A DNA stretch of 64,000 bases from Candidatus Acidiferrum sp. (GTDB lineage: Bacteria > Acidobacteriota > Terriglobia > Acidiferrales > UBA7541): positions 27,718 to 91,717 of the forward strand of contig DATKPM010000104.1 in assembly GCA_035524135.1 (NCBI GenBank), given 5' to 3'. Made by a program: the position numbers and the translations under genes. Under the pieces are notes generated by a model, which made no database searches, was not told the origin of the DNA, and worked only from the letters and a program-made list of their open reading frames with translations. Position 1 is the stretch's first letter. Every line of letters begins with the position of its first letter. Shown here piece by piece: positions 27,757 to 36,526 of this stretch.

Positions 27757-28905
27757 TTGGCGGAGTTGGCATCAATTATGCAAGAGCTGAAAATTCTTCA
27801 GCGGCCGCGCACCGTGCAGGAGGCTCGTTGGTGGGAGCCGGAGCCGGGCGGAAAGGTGCATTGCTTTCTCTGTCCCCGCCACTGCCACATCCATGATGGG
27901 CAGTCGGGCTTTTGTTATATTCGCGTAAACGAGGGCGGAAGACTTTTCAGCCTCGGGTACGCCCGCCCGGCCGCGATTCAAATCGACCCGATCGAGAAAA
28001 AGCCGCTCAATCATTTTTTGCCCGGGACGCGCGTGCTCTCGATGGGTACAGCCGGATGCAACATGGGCTGCTTCTTTTGCCAGAACTGGGACATCTCGAA
28101 ATCCGATGCGGACCAAGTGCGGTCCTCCTACGTTCCTGCGGAGGACGTCGTGGCGATTGCCATGGCCAATGGTTGCCCTTCTATTGCGTTTACATACAAC
28201 GAGCCGACGATTTGGGCCGAGTACGCCCTCGACATCGCCGCCGCGGCGAAGAGCTGCGGGATCCGCACCGTGATGGTGAGCAACGGCTACATTACGAGGG
28301 AAGCGTTTCATGACGTCTACGACCACATCGACGCCGCGAATATCGACCTGAAAGCGTTTACGGAAGAGTTCTACGGGCGAGTGACGCTGACGCATTTGGC
28401 GCCGGTATTGGAGACGCTGATGCGGCTGAAGCAGGAAACGGAAGTGTGGTTCGAGATCACGAACCTTATGATCCCCAGCTTGAACGACTCTTTGGACGAA
28501 ACACAGCGACTTTGCGACTGGATCCTGGAAAACCTGGGCCCGGATGTGCCGTTGCACTTCACGGCATTTCACCCGGATTTCAAACTTCGCGACAAGCCAC
28601 GCACGCCTGCGGAAACGCTGCATCGAGCGCGGGCCCTGGCTTTGCAGGCGGGGTTGCGCTACGTCTACGAAGGGAATATTTTCAGCGACGCCGCGAATAC
28701 GTATTGCCCCTCCTGCAAGACGACACTGATAAGACGCTCCTGGCACGATGTCCGCGAAAACAAGCTGAAGGAGGGGCGCTGCCTCGAATGCGACTGGGCG
28801 ATTCCCGGACGCTGGGACGACCAGAACCGCACGAAACAAATTCTTCCCGACGATCACATACGGGCTCGCGAAATCGCGGCTCGCTACGAAGACCTGAACC
28901 TATAA
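27757..28905 (+). CDS. AmmeMemoRadiSam-system-type radical SAM enzyme (PFL-activase-like)
   Basis: Contains WWEPEPGGKVHCFLCPRHCHI, IDPIEKKPLNHF, the CX3CX2C cluster GCNMGCFFCQNWDIS, and C-terminal CPSC...CLEC. The true start is possibly ATG 27778, because the track TTG overlaps a TATAAT at 27752-27757. Confidence 0.85.
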   Translation: MAELASIMQELKILQRPRTVQEARWWEPEPGGKVHCFLCPRHCHIHDGQSGFCYIRVNEGGRLFSLGYARPAAIQIDPIEKKPLNHFLPGTRVLSMGTAGCNMGCFFCQNWDISKSDADQVRSSYVPAEDVVAIAMANGCPSIAFTYNEPTIWAEYALDIAAAAKSCGIRTVMVSNGYITREAFHDVYDHIDAANIDLKAFTEEFYGRVTLTHLAPVLETLMRLKQETEVWFEITNLMIPSLNDSLDETQRLCDWILENLGPDVPLHFTAFHPDFKLRDKPRTPAETLHRARALALQAGLRYVYEGNIFSDAANTYCPSCKTTLIRRSWHDVRENKLKEGRCLECDWAIPGRWDDQNRTKQILPDDHIRAREIAARYEDLNL

Positions 28906-28978
28906 CCTGATCTGAAATTCGAGGGCGTCGCACGCACGGCCGCCTTTCCGCCGCTTGGATTTATCTCCGCGAATTGAA

Positions 28979-29620
28979 TTAGTCGAGTGGCGAGTAATAG
29001 CCGGGGCCGACGCGCATGTGGTGTTGCCAAGCCAGCGGGAAAGCCCAAAAGACGAGCGTGCCGAGAATCGCCTGCCCGATCGCAAGAGGAATGATATTTC
29101 TGGCCTTCCCGAACATCCAGGCCATTGCCGTTCCGGCAATGAACGTCAGCGGAACAAGCACAGGATTCGGCCAATGGCAGGCGGCGAAGATGGAGCCAGT
29201 GAGAACGGCTGCGAGCCAGTCTTTGCGAATCAACGAAAGCATTCGATTGTGGAGCAGGGAATTGAGAGCGACTTGCTGAAGAAGGCAAAAGGCAAAGTAT
29301 CCTTCGAGCCTGCGCCACTCAATCAAGTGCGAAGGAATCGCGCTCGGCGCGTGGAGGATAATGCCGACGAGAATCAATCCGAGAGCCATCAGGGCGAAGA
29401 TTCCGAGAGCCCTCTTCGATGCTTCCGCCAGATTGCCGGCCGTCCATCCAAGGGATTTTGGGGTATCGCGATGAACGAAAAAGCTGACCACCATCCAAAC
29501 GATAAAGATGACCCAGGTCCAGCGAGCCGTAAATTGCAATTGCCAGATGAACCATAGAATGAACGCAGGGAGAAGAGTTACATCGGCCAGAGAGGCTACC
29601 CGAAGACGGGAAGAGATCAT
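28979..29620 (-). CDS. CPBP-family intramembrane glutamic endopeptidase (CAAX protease / Abi-like)
   Basis: A polytopic membrane protein with Abi-like spacing of helices and an AACHWPNP (His motif) region. Its ATG overlaps the upstream ORF's stop (ATGA at 29620-29617). Confidence 0.7.
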   Translation of the reverse strand: MISSRLRVASLADVTLLPAFILWFIWQLQFTARWTWVIFIVWMVVSFFVHRDTPKSLGWTAGNLAEASKRALGIFALMALGLILVGIILHAPSAIPSHLIEWRRLEGYFAFCLLQQVALNSLLHNRMLSLIRKDWLAAVLTGSIFAACHWPNPVLVPLTFIAGTAMAWMFGKARNIIPLAIGQAILGTLVFWAFPLAWQHHMRVGPGYYSPLD

Positions 29621-29985
29621 TTTGCTGCCGCCGCGTTGACTTGCAGCAAGAGGCTTATTTTCTCGTCAAGGGAATTGAGCTCTGGATAGGTCTGCGCGTC
29701 GGCAGAAAAGAAGGCATTCCAATCTATCTCTGGAAAGCCCAGCCTTGCGGCCGCTGCAGGGAATTCCTCGCGAATCGCTTCCGGTGTTGACGCTCTGCTT
29801 TGCAGGAGCAGGCCGTAAATCACGCGATGGTCGGGGAGCTTCCATTGATATGCCGAGAGCGAACGCAAGGCGTCGGTAGGCCGGGTAGAGCCGAGGCGCA
29901 TCTCGGCGATCCCGCGAAGGACGGAGCGCTCGATCAATTCCCGCTCGAATGCCGTCGGAGCGTGGCTGTGTGATGCCGGATCCAT
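29617..29985 (-). CDS. Hypothetical 122-aa protein, translationally coupled to the CPBP protease
   Basis: Overlapping stop/start with 28979..29620. I recognise no family. Confidence 0.5.
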   Translation of the reverse strand: MDPASHSHAPTAFERELIERSVLRGIAEMRLGSTRPTDALRSLSAYQWKLPDHRVIYGLLLQSRASTPEAIREEFPAAAARLGFPEIDWNAFFSADAQTYPELNSLDEKISLLLQVNAAAAK

Positions 29986-30144
29986 GGCTGACTATTTTAG
30001 TCCCGTCAAAGGCGAGGTTGTACTCCGTCTGTGATGAGTTCAAAAATTTCAGAGGGGATGTAAAGGGGGGGTGAATGGAACGAGTGACAACACTATGGTC
30101 TGCCCGTTCGAGACTGGAGACTAGACGGCTGCTGAATGCGACGT

Positions 30145-30486
30145 TTATGCGGCGGTGGAAACCACTGGGCGAACGAAGTCGATCCGGTCAATTGCGGCAG
30201 CCACGCCATAAATCGGGGTGAGCTCGCCCGGAATCGAAGAGACCCGGACTGCCCGAGCGCTGGCGCGGACAAGCACCGAGGAACCGCGATCTTTCTCGGT
30301 TGGAAGCGCGAAGGTGAGTTCGACGCCGGTACCTGTGCCGATCTCCACTGCGGAGTGAAAGAAGATGCCCGTGCGGGAGACGTCGCGGAGTTGCGCTGTG
30401 TAAAACTCGGGATTCTTCTTGCGAGACAGACAAACCTGTAGCGGAAGAAAAACCTCGTATCTCCTTGCTTTCCGGCGTTCTCCCAT
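30145..30486 (-). CDS. PilZ-domain protein (tandem copy 3 of 3)
   Basis: MGERRKARRYEV (RxxxR) and DVSRTG (DxSxxG). Start moved to ATG 30486. Confidence 0.75.
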   Translation of the reverse strand: MGERRKARRYEVFLPLQVCLSRKKNPEFYTAQLRDVSRTGIFFHSAVEIGTGTGVELTFALPTEKDRGSSVLVRASARAVRVSSIPGELTPIYGVAAAIDRIDFVRPVVSTAA

Positions 30487-30733
30487 GTGACACCCCCACG
30501 CCTTCGTATGCATTGTCGATTCCAACTGTTTAGGTTTGTTTACATTGAAATCAAAGGAGTTATCTGTTGATGGTATGTGAAATTTGTGCGTCTCTGTGGA
30601 ATTTTTTCCTGGTGTGGGAAATTGCTGCAGCGGTGAGGCTTAGGGGAGGCAATCCTGCCCAAGTCCGGGAAACGCTTCCCAAGATAGTATTAGGACTTCT
30701 AGTACCAACCCGGAGCAGAGCTTTATTGGACTG

Positions 30734-31264
30734 CTACACGATGTGGTCGAGCAGGATGGAAGAGGCTTCACCCTCTGTAAGCATACCCTTGGTGACGAGC
30801 AGTCGCAGTAGGCGAGTGATCGCGCGCATCGACTTTGCGTCTGGAGCCTCCGCGTGCCGAACGACCGGGTGGTGCTCAATCGATGCTGGCTTCTCTGCGA
30901 TACCGTCTGAGAGCCAAGCTTGCAAATCCGATTGCTGGCTATCGCTGAGGTTAACGAACGAGACGCCCATACCCATTCCGCTCTGCGAGTAGACGATCAT
31001 CCCGTCCGTGCGAAACTCGCTCTTTCCTTTCGAGATCCGGACATGGACGCGAGTTCCGACGGGAAGAGGGTTGGTGGTGTCGATGAAACATCCGCCGGGG
31101 CCCAAATCCATCGTTCTGGTTGCAAAGCGTGCGCCGGTCACCTCTTCGATGACCTCGGCAGTTGCGGCAAATAACTGACGGTCTGATGTTCGCCGTTCGG
31201 CTTCCTTCACCGCCGCCGATTTTCCCGCCTCTGTAGAAGGATGAGTCTTGTGCTGGTGAGTCAT
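30734..31264 (-). CDS. PilZ-domain protein with a C-terminal extension (tandem copy 2 of 3)
   Basis: ERRTSDR (RRxxxR) and DLGPGG (variant DxSxxG). Start moved to ATG 31264 (MTHQHK...). Confidence 0.7.
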   Translation of the reverse strand: MTHQHKTHPSTEAGKSAAVKEAERRTSDRQLFAATAEVIEEVTGARFATRTMDLGPGGCFIDTTNPLPVGTRVHVRISKGKSEFRTDGMIVYSQSGMGMGVSFVNLSDSQQSDLQAWLSDGIAEKPASIEHHPVVRHAEAPDAKSMRAITRLLRLLVTKGMLTEGEASSILLDHIV

Positions 31265-31378
31265 TTGTCCTCGGTCCTGGCTCGCGGGCTGCAATTCACA
31301 AGTGCGCCGCGTAAATGTCGTTCCGGCCCGTAGCGCTTGCATTCTGTTGCAGCACCGGACCGTCACTCCAACAAATCT

Positions 31379-31726
31379 CTAGAGTAAGAATTGCACCGCC
31401 ACACCCTGCGTGCCGTCCGTGCGCTCTTCCAGGCGAACAACGGTGCCAAGAAATTTTTTGTGAGCCGACACCTTTTCACCGAACGGGAATTTCAGGATCA
31501 ACCTCATGCCGGTGAAGTAGTGCGGCATGCAGGAGAGGAAATAGAGGCCTTCTCGGGAGAAGTCCGTGACCTCACCAACGTCCATGATCTCCGCGAAACG
31601 GGCGTCGAAGGGCTGCACCTGCACAGGCAGGGAGACGCGAAGCCTTCGCCTCTTCCTCGCCTCGACTCCTTTGGAGTGGCGCTTTTCACCCGATGATTGC
31701 TTGGGTTCGAGAATAGCCGTCGTCAC
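31379..31726 (-). CDS. PilZ-domain protein (tandem copy 1 of 3)
   Basis: RKRRRLR (RxxxR) and DFSREG (DxSxxG). I place the start at GTG 31726, which has GGAGGA 5 nt upstream. The track start at 31894 adds a Cys/His/Leu-rich segment that is unlikely to be real. Confidence 0.7.
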   Translation of the reverse strand: MTTAILEPKQSSGEKRHSKGVEARKRRRLRVSLPVQVQPFDARFAEIMDVGEVTDFSREGLYFLSCMPHYFTGMRLILKFPFGEKVSAHKKFLGTVVRLEERTDGTQGVAVQFLL

Positions 31727-32040
31727 AAGAATCCTCCGCGCCCGCCGCTCTAGGCGGCATTGCCCCTCATGCAAGCTAAGTCTATGAAGGCAAATCGGCT
31801 GCCCCAATAGGCCGAGGGTACTAGTTGGGGGAAACGGGTGTTCAATCTGCCAGCAGTCCCCGGAAAGCAGGTGCGTAGCTGTGCGGCATATCATTGAGGC
31901 ACCGGCCGATGTGCCAAGGGGGTGTAACTAACTTATCCGCCATGGATTAGCTACAGAAGGGAAGGTATGAGGATCCCACATGCACCCGGAACATGCATCC
32001 CTGGGGTCAGTTCCAGGTAAAGAAACCTAGTACGGATCGA

Positions 32041-32907
32041 TCAGGGGAGCGACGCGGCACGGGTCTCGGGCGGACTTGAGAGATCGACAGTGCCGAGCGA
32101 AAGCCGTGGTTTGTGATGAGCGATTCTCCAATTTGCGGCTGCGTTAGAGCCCCCTTCGAAAAACGTGCTTGCCCCAGACCACATCAGCTGTAACCCCGCG
32201 GCGAGAGCGATCAGAGCTACGGCAGCTTTCAACTTCTGCGCTGGAATTCTTCTGTTGAGTAGGCAGCCTGCGAGCACTCCGGGAATTCCCCCGGCGAGGA
32301 GATGCCACAAGCTGGCCGTGCTAATCGTTCCGAGAGTCCAATGGACGACGCTGCCTATGAGCGCCAGGACAAGCCCGAACAAGAGATCGGTGCCCACAAC
32401 CTGACCCGGCGACATTTCCGAATAATTGAGGAGCAGGACAGTTCCAAGCGCGCCAGCTCCTGCCGAGGAAAATCCAGCCTCGATTCCCAGCGGGAACGCA
32501 AGCCACGGCAGCCAGCGCGAATTTTTCCGCGCAAAAGTCGGATTCTGCGCGCGCGGGATGAAGCTGATGCTGGCCGTGACAGCGAGCAGAAAGCCAAGCA
32601 GAAAAACGATCGCCAAATCATGCCCATAATTTCCGAGCAAGCGCAGCGCGAGCATTCCCAGGATCAATCCAGGAATTGCGCCTTGTAGAAGCAGCAGAGA
32701 GTAACGCGCATGGACGCGGCGCTCGGCCAAGTAAAAAGGAGCAGCGAGAAGTCTAAGCACGCCGGCAAAAACGAAGGCAGTACCTACAGCTTCCGGCGCA
32801 GGCAGGCCGACAAAGACCAGGAGCGCGGGAACGGTGAAGCTGCCGCCACCAATGCCGGTGAGCCCGACCACCAAGGCAATCGCAAAGCCCAGGAGAGCCT
32901 GCATCAT
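32041..32907 (-). CDS. TauE/SafE-family anion (sulfite/sulfate-type) permease
   Basis: A polytopic protein with GIGGGSFTVPALLV near the N-terminus. Its ATG at 32907 overlaps the cysH TGA (ATGA). It is the last gene of the cys operon. Confidence 0.85.
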   Translation of the reverse strand: MMQALLGFAIALVVGLTGIGGGSFTVPALLVFVGLPAPEAVGTAFVFAGVLRLLAAPFYLAERRVHARYSLLLLQGAIPGLILGMLALRLLGNYGHDLAIVFLLGFLLAVTASISFIPRAQNPTFARKNSRWLPWLAFPLGIEAGFSSAGAGALGTVLLLNYSEMSPGQVVGTDLLFGLVLALIGSVVHWTLGTISTASLWHLLAGGIPGVLAGCLLNRRIPAQKLKAAVALIALAAGLQLMWSGASTFFEGGSNAAANWRIAHHKPRLSLGTVDLSSPPETRAASLP

Positions 32908-33602
32908 TGGAGGTTCTCTGAGACTGTGTGAATGCCGCACTCCAATTTCTTGCCGCCCCAACGACCGGATCGCGGATTATTGGGGTCCGCGGGAAGAGCG
33001 GTGCAGGGCTGGCAGCCAATGCTCAAGTATCCATCGTCGTACTGAGGCAAGTAACTGAGACCGTTTTCCGCCGTGAATCTCCAGACTTGCTTCCACGTCC
33101 AATCGGCCAGAGGACTGATTTTCAAGAGCACCTTTCCACTAGGCAGGCGGTGATGCTCGACTTTCTTCAGGTTTTTCCGCGTCGGCGACTGTTCGCGCCG
33201 CAAGCCCGTAAACCAAATGCCGAAAGGCTCAAGCGATTCCATGAGCGGTTCCACTTTGCGCAGTTGGCAGCACTTCGTGGGGTCGGTGCCATAGAGGATT
33301 CCAAACTCAGATTCCTGCTGGGCGACCGTTTTCTTGGGAAGTACGTTCATCAGGCGGATATTTGTTTCGCGGGCGTATTTGTCACGAAACGCGTAGGTCT
33401 GCGCGAAGTGATAACCCGTGTCGAGAAACAGGACAGGAACATCCGGTCGAAGTTTCCGGAGAAGCTCGAGGACGATGATGTCCTCCGCCTGGAAGCTGCA
33501 AGTGGCGCAGGGACTTGCTTCCGGATGAGAACTCAAGACGATGCGTACAATTTCCTCTGCGGTGTGGTTCTCTAGTTCGTGAAATTCGGCGCTATCGGAC
33601 AT
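32904..33602 (-). CDS. cysH: Phosphoadenosine/adenosine phosphosulfate reductase, APS-reductase type by motif
   Basis: Contains KCCQLRKVEPL (Cys-Cys pair), SIGCQPCT (CxxC) and the C-terminal ECGIH. The CC plus CxxC pattern is the [4Fe-4S] signature of APS-utilising CysH enzymes. Confidence 0.9.
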   Translation of the reverse strand: MSDSAEFHELENHTAEEIVRIVLSSHPEASPCATCSFQAEDIIVLELLRKLRPDVPVLFLDTGYHFAQTYAFRDKYARETNIRLMNVLPKKTVAQQESEFGILYGTDPTKCCQLRKVEPLMESLEPFGIWFTGLRREQSPTRKNLKKVEHHRLPSGKVLLKISPLADWTWKQVWRFTAENGLSYLPQYDDGYLSIGCQPCTALPADPNNPRSGRWGGKKLECGIHTVSENLQ

Positions 33603-33620
33603 AATCCACCTGGCCTTCCT

Positions 33621-35351
33621 CTAATTTTGGACTGCGGGAGTTCGAAGCGATTCCGCAACCGCCATCACTTCAGTCGAGTCTATGGTTGAGGGTTGAGGGC
33701 CAGGCGGGAAATTGTGGACGAGGAACCTTGCCGACAGTGCATCAGGCAAATAGGTGCGGGACGAAGAGTCGGGTCCCGCCCAAAAGACAATCAAGAAGCC
33801 GGCGGACAACAGCTTTTCGAGAAGGCGAGAAAGAGAGTTGGGGCTGAACTCGTCATGTCCAATGAGAATGGATTCAAAGCCTTCTGAAAAAAGAAGAGCT
33901 TCCGTGCGTTTTGCATCTTCCAATTCTCCGACGATAGAAAACACGGCTGGACGATGACCATGCCGCTCGTGACGCCGCTCGACAGAGAGTTCGTCGGGAG
34001 ACCCGTCCGGGTGCAGGGCGACCGTTTCACCCTCACTGAGAAACGAAACCGAAAGATCCTCGCGAATCATGCCCGCACCGAGCGTGGCGTTGGAGACTGG
34101 ATCGATCAAAATGAAGCTGCCGGTCGTCCGGTTGCGCTCGTAGGGATCGAAAAAGAGCGGACTGCTTGTTTCGAATTCGATGGCGGCGATCCCGTTCATT
34201 TCGAGTGCATCGGCCGCGCGGGTTCCCGCGGCGTTCGGGTCGACGAAGAAGCGGATTTTCCCGGGAGTCGCCTTCACGTGCCGGCCGGCATGTTTGGCGA
34301 GATACTTCGTTCCCACTTCCAAAGGCGCCGGGTGCAGCCACACGACCATGGCCAAAAAATGGTTGGAAATTCGCGGCAAGGCGTGAGAGGACACCAGCAT
34401 GTCTCCACGGCTCAGGTCGATTTCGTTCTGCAGCTTCAGAACGACCGATTGAGAAAGAGACGCGGAATCCAATTCGCCGTCATAACTTACAATCGCTTCG
34501 ACAACGGCCTGGCGCCTTGAAGGAAGTGCAATTAGCGAGTCGCCCGGGTGTATGACCCCGCTTGCGACCCGCCCCGCAAAACCGCGAAAGCCCGCATGGG
34601 GACGAATGACTGTCTGAACGGGAAAGCGGACTGCTTCCATTTCCGTGCGAGAAGGGATTTCCACGGTTTCCAGAAACTCAAGCATCGATGGGCCGGAATA
34701 CCAGGGCATCCGACCGCTGGCGGATACGACGTTGTCCCCGTCCAGAGCGCTCACCGGCGCGCAATGGACATGTGGAATCCCGATGCGCCGCGCCAAGGCG
34801 ATGAAATCCTGCTGAAGGTTCTGAAACGCTTTCTGTTCGAAGCCAACAAGGTCCATTTTATTGATGGCGGCCAGGACATGCGGAATGCCGAGTAGGCTGG
34901 CGATGTACAGATGACGGTGCGTCTGCGGCAGGAGTCCCTTGGCCGCGTCGACAAGGATCACCGCAAGGTCGGCCGTGGAGGCTCCTGTCGCCATGTTGCG
35001 TGTGTATTCCTCATGCCCAGGCGTGTCGGCGATGATGAATCTTCGACGGGAAGTGCTGAAGTAACGATAGGCGACATCAATGGTGATGCCTTGTTCGCGC
35101 TCGGCGCGCAGTCCGTCGGTGAGAAGCGAAAGATCGATCGCGCGGCCGGAGCGATTGACGCGGCTGTTCTTCACGGAGGCCAATTGGTCTTCATAGACGG
35201 ATTTGGAATCATGGAGCAACCTGCCGATGAGCGTGGATTTGCCGTCGTCCACGCTGCCTGCTGTGGTGAAGCGGAGGAGTTCCTTGTTTAGGTCATTCTC
35301 AAGGAATGCAGCGAAGTCCGGGGTAGCCGCGAACTTTTCGGCAGCAAGCAT
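33621..35351 (-). CDS. cysN: Sulfate adenylyltransferase subunit 1 (CysN GTPase) with a degenerate APS-kinase-like C-terminal domain
   Basis: G1 is GSVDDGKST, G3 is DTPGHEEY and G4 is NKMD. Residues about 431-576 resemble CysC, but the Walker A position reads GELEDAKRT. Confidence 0.9.
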   Translation of the reverse strand: MLAAEKFAATPDFAAFLENDLNKELLRFTTAGSVDDGKSTLIGRLLHDSKSVYEDQLASVKNSRVNRSGRAIDLSLLTDGLRAEREQGITIDVAYRYFSTSRRRFIIADTPGHEEYTRNMATGASTADLAVILVDAAKGLLPQTHRHLYIASLLGIPHVLAAINKMDLVGFEQKAFQNLQQDFIALARRIGIPHVHCAPVSALDGDNVVSASGRMPWYSGPSMLEFLETVEIPSRTEMEAVRFPVQTVIRPHAGFRGFAGRVASGVIHPGDSLIALPSRRQAVVEAIVSYDGELDSASLSQSVVLKLQNEIDLSRGDMLVSSHALPRISNHFLAMVVWLHPAPLEVGTKYLAKHAGRHVKATPGKIRFFVDPNAAGTRAADALEMNGIAAIEFETSSPLFFDPYERNRTTGSFILIDPVSNATLGAGMIREDLSVSFLSEGETVALHPDGSPDELSVERRHERHGHRPAVFSIVGELEDAKRTEALLFSEGFESILIGHDEFSPNSLSRLLEKLLSAGFLIVFWAGPDSSSRTYLPDALSARFLVHNFPPGPQPSTIDSTEVMAVAESLRTPAVQN

Positions 35352-36328
35352 CAGAAGTAGCCCTCTCGCTTCTTGATTTCCATCGAGCCTTCTTCGTCAT
35401 GATCGATGGCCCGGTTTTCGCGCTCTGACCTGCGGAATGAAATCATTTCCTCGATGATTTTGGGAACCGTGTCGGCTTCGGAGCGGATGGCGCCGGTGCA
35501 GGGCACGCAGCCGAGAGAACGCATCCTGCAAACGACTTGCTCGATGTGTTCGCCTGGCAAAAGGCGATCGGAGGGAGTTGTCACGATCAGGGAACCATTG
35601 CGATTCACCACTTCACGCAACTTCGCAAAATAGAGAGGGACAATCGGAATGCGTTCGACATGGATATAGAGCCAGATATCCAATTCCGTCCAATTCGAGA
35701 GGGGAAATACGCGGATGCTTTCGCCCTTGTTGATGCGCGCGTTGAAGATATTCCAGAGCTCGGGCCTCTGGTTTTTGGGGTCCCATTGGCCGTGCACATC
35801 ACGGAAGGAATAGATGCGCTCTTTCGCGCGCGATTTTTCTTCGTCACGCCGCGCGCCGCCAAAAGCAGCGTCAAATCCGCCAGCGTTGAGAGCGTCGAGA
35901 AGGGACTTGGTCTTGAGCAGGCCGCAGCATTTCTGGGTGCCAAGCTTGAAAGGATTCGCCCCCTGGTCGAGCGCCTGGCGATTCTGGTGGACGATCAATT
36001 CGGCGCCGATTTCCTTGGTATACCGGTCGCGAAATTCGATCATTTCCGGGAATTTGTAGCTTGTGTCGATATGCAATAAAGGAAAAGGAATTTTGCCGGG
36101 ATAAAAGGCCTTCTGAGCGAGCCGCAACATCACCGACGAATCCTTGCCGATCGAATAAAGCATTACGGGATGAGCAAATTCCGAAGCAGCCTCGCGGAGA
36201 ATGTAAATGCTCTCGGCCTCAAGCCACTGGAGATGATTCAGGCGCCTAGGGGAAGGGAAGCCTTTCTCTTTTCTGCCAACTGTCCTTGGGCTTTGCCCTT
36301 GAAAATGTTCCGTCGTTGCACTTGCCAT
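35351..36328 (-). CDS. cysD: Sulfate adenylyltransferase subunit 2 (CysD)
   Basis: Contains [23 protein letters not shown] (PP-loop) and [21 protein letters not shown]. Its stop overlaps the cysN ATG (TGATG at 35353-35349). Start placed at ATG 36328 with GGAG upstream. The track start at 36370 lies inside the terminator stem. Confidence 0.9.
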   Translation of the reverse strand: MASATTEHFQGQSPRTVGRKEKGFPSPRRLNHLQWLEAESIYILREAASEFAHPVMLYSIGKDSSVMLRLAQKAFYPGKIPFPLLHIDTSYKFPEMIEFRDRYTKEIGAELIVHQNRQALDQGANPFKLGTQKCCGLLKTKSLLDALNAGGFDAAFGGARRDEEKSRAKERIYSFRDVHGQWDPKNQRPELWNIFNARINKGESIRVFPLSNWTELDIWLYIHVERIPIVPLYFAKLREVVNRNGSLIVTTPSDRLLPGEHIEQVVCRMRSLGCVPCTGAIRSEADTVPKIIEEMISFRRSERENRAIDHDEEGSMEIKKREGYF

Positions 36329-36353
36329 GGTTCTTGGTCTCCAAAGAAGGCGT

Positions 36354-36392
36354 GAAAACAAAAAACCCATCGCCAGAGATTCTGGCGATGGG
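36354..36392 (-). terminator. Intrinsic terminator (attenuator) in the cysD leader
   Basis: On the - strand, CCCAUCGCCAG (36392-36382), loop AAUCU, CUGGCGAUGGG (36376-36366), then UUUUUUGUUUUC (36365-36354). The stem is a perfect 11 bp. Confidence 0.75.
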
Positions 36393-36454
36393 CTGGATGA
36401 ATTGCGACTCGACTAGTCCAGGATTCTTAGGCCGTGAGCCTCCCTTCGCCAGAA
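36380..36454 (-). promoter_or_regulatory. Candidate antiterminator pairing that competes with the cysD-leader terminator
   Basis: UUCUGGCGAAGGG (36454-36442, inside the sORF 3' third) can pair with CCCAUCGCCAGAA (36392-36380). That gives 9 bp, one A.A mismatch, then 3 bp, and it sequesters the entire 5' arm of the terminator. Confidence 0.55.
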
Positions 36455-36519
36455 GACACGTTGTCCCAACAAGTACAACAACAAGCCATCGTGCCGTTCA
36501 GACGAAAACTCAGTGCCAT
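36427..36519 (-). CDS. Candidate leader peptide, 30 aa, poly-Cys (MALSFRLNGTMACCCTCWDNVSSGEGRLTA)
   Basis: Found by hand on the - strand and too short for the ORF track. ATG at 36519-36517 and TAA at 36429-36427. Codons 13, 14, 15 and 17 are all UGU (36483-36469). The ATG starts 8 nt after the -10 hexamer, which suggests a leaderless mRNA. Confidence 0.55.
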   Translation of the reverse strand: MALSFRLNGTMACCCTCWDNVSSGEGRLTA

Positions 36520-36526
36520 GGCTTAA

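Noticed and set aside
27501-28905. A mini-ORF followed by a radical SAM enzyme, with a protease nearby. I considered a RiPP (ribosomal peptide) biosynthetic cluster.
   Set aside because: The radical SAM protein matches the AmmeMemoRadiSam/PFL-activase-like type, with no SPASM/twitch extension or RRE-like domain visible. The protease is convergent and not co-transcribed. The 72-aa ORF has no leader/core organisation or repeated Cys/Ser/Thr motifs. A TATAAT directly upstream of the radical SAM gene suggests independent transcription.
36393-36520. The cysD leader considered as a SAM (S-box/SAM-I or SAM-II) riboswitch, because sulfur-assimilation operons are often SAM-controlled.
   Set aside because: There is only a loose resemblance (GGCGAAGGGAGGCUCACGGCC versus the SAM-I GGNGGAGGGA-UGGCCC core). 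I could not find a P1 helix, a GCAACC/GGUGCUAA element or a four-way junction. The Cys-codon mini-ORF with terminator/antiterminator geometry explains the region better. An Infernal scan would settle this.
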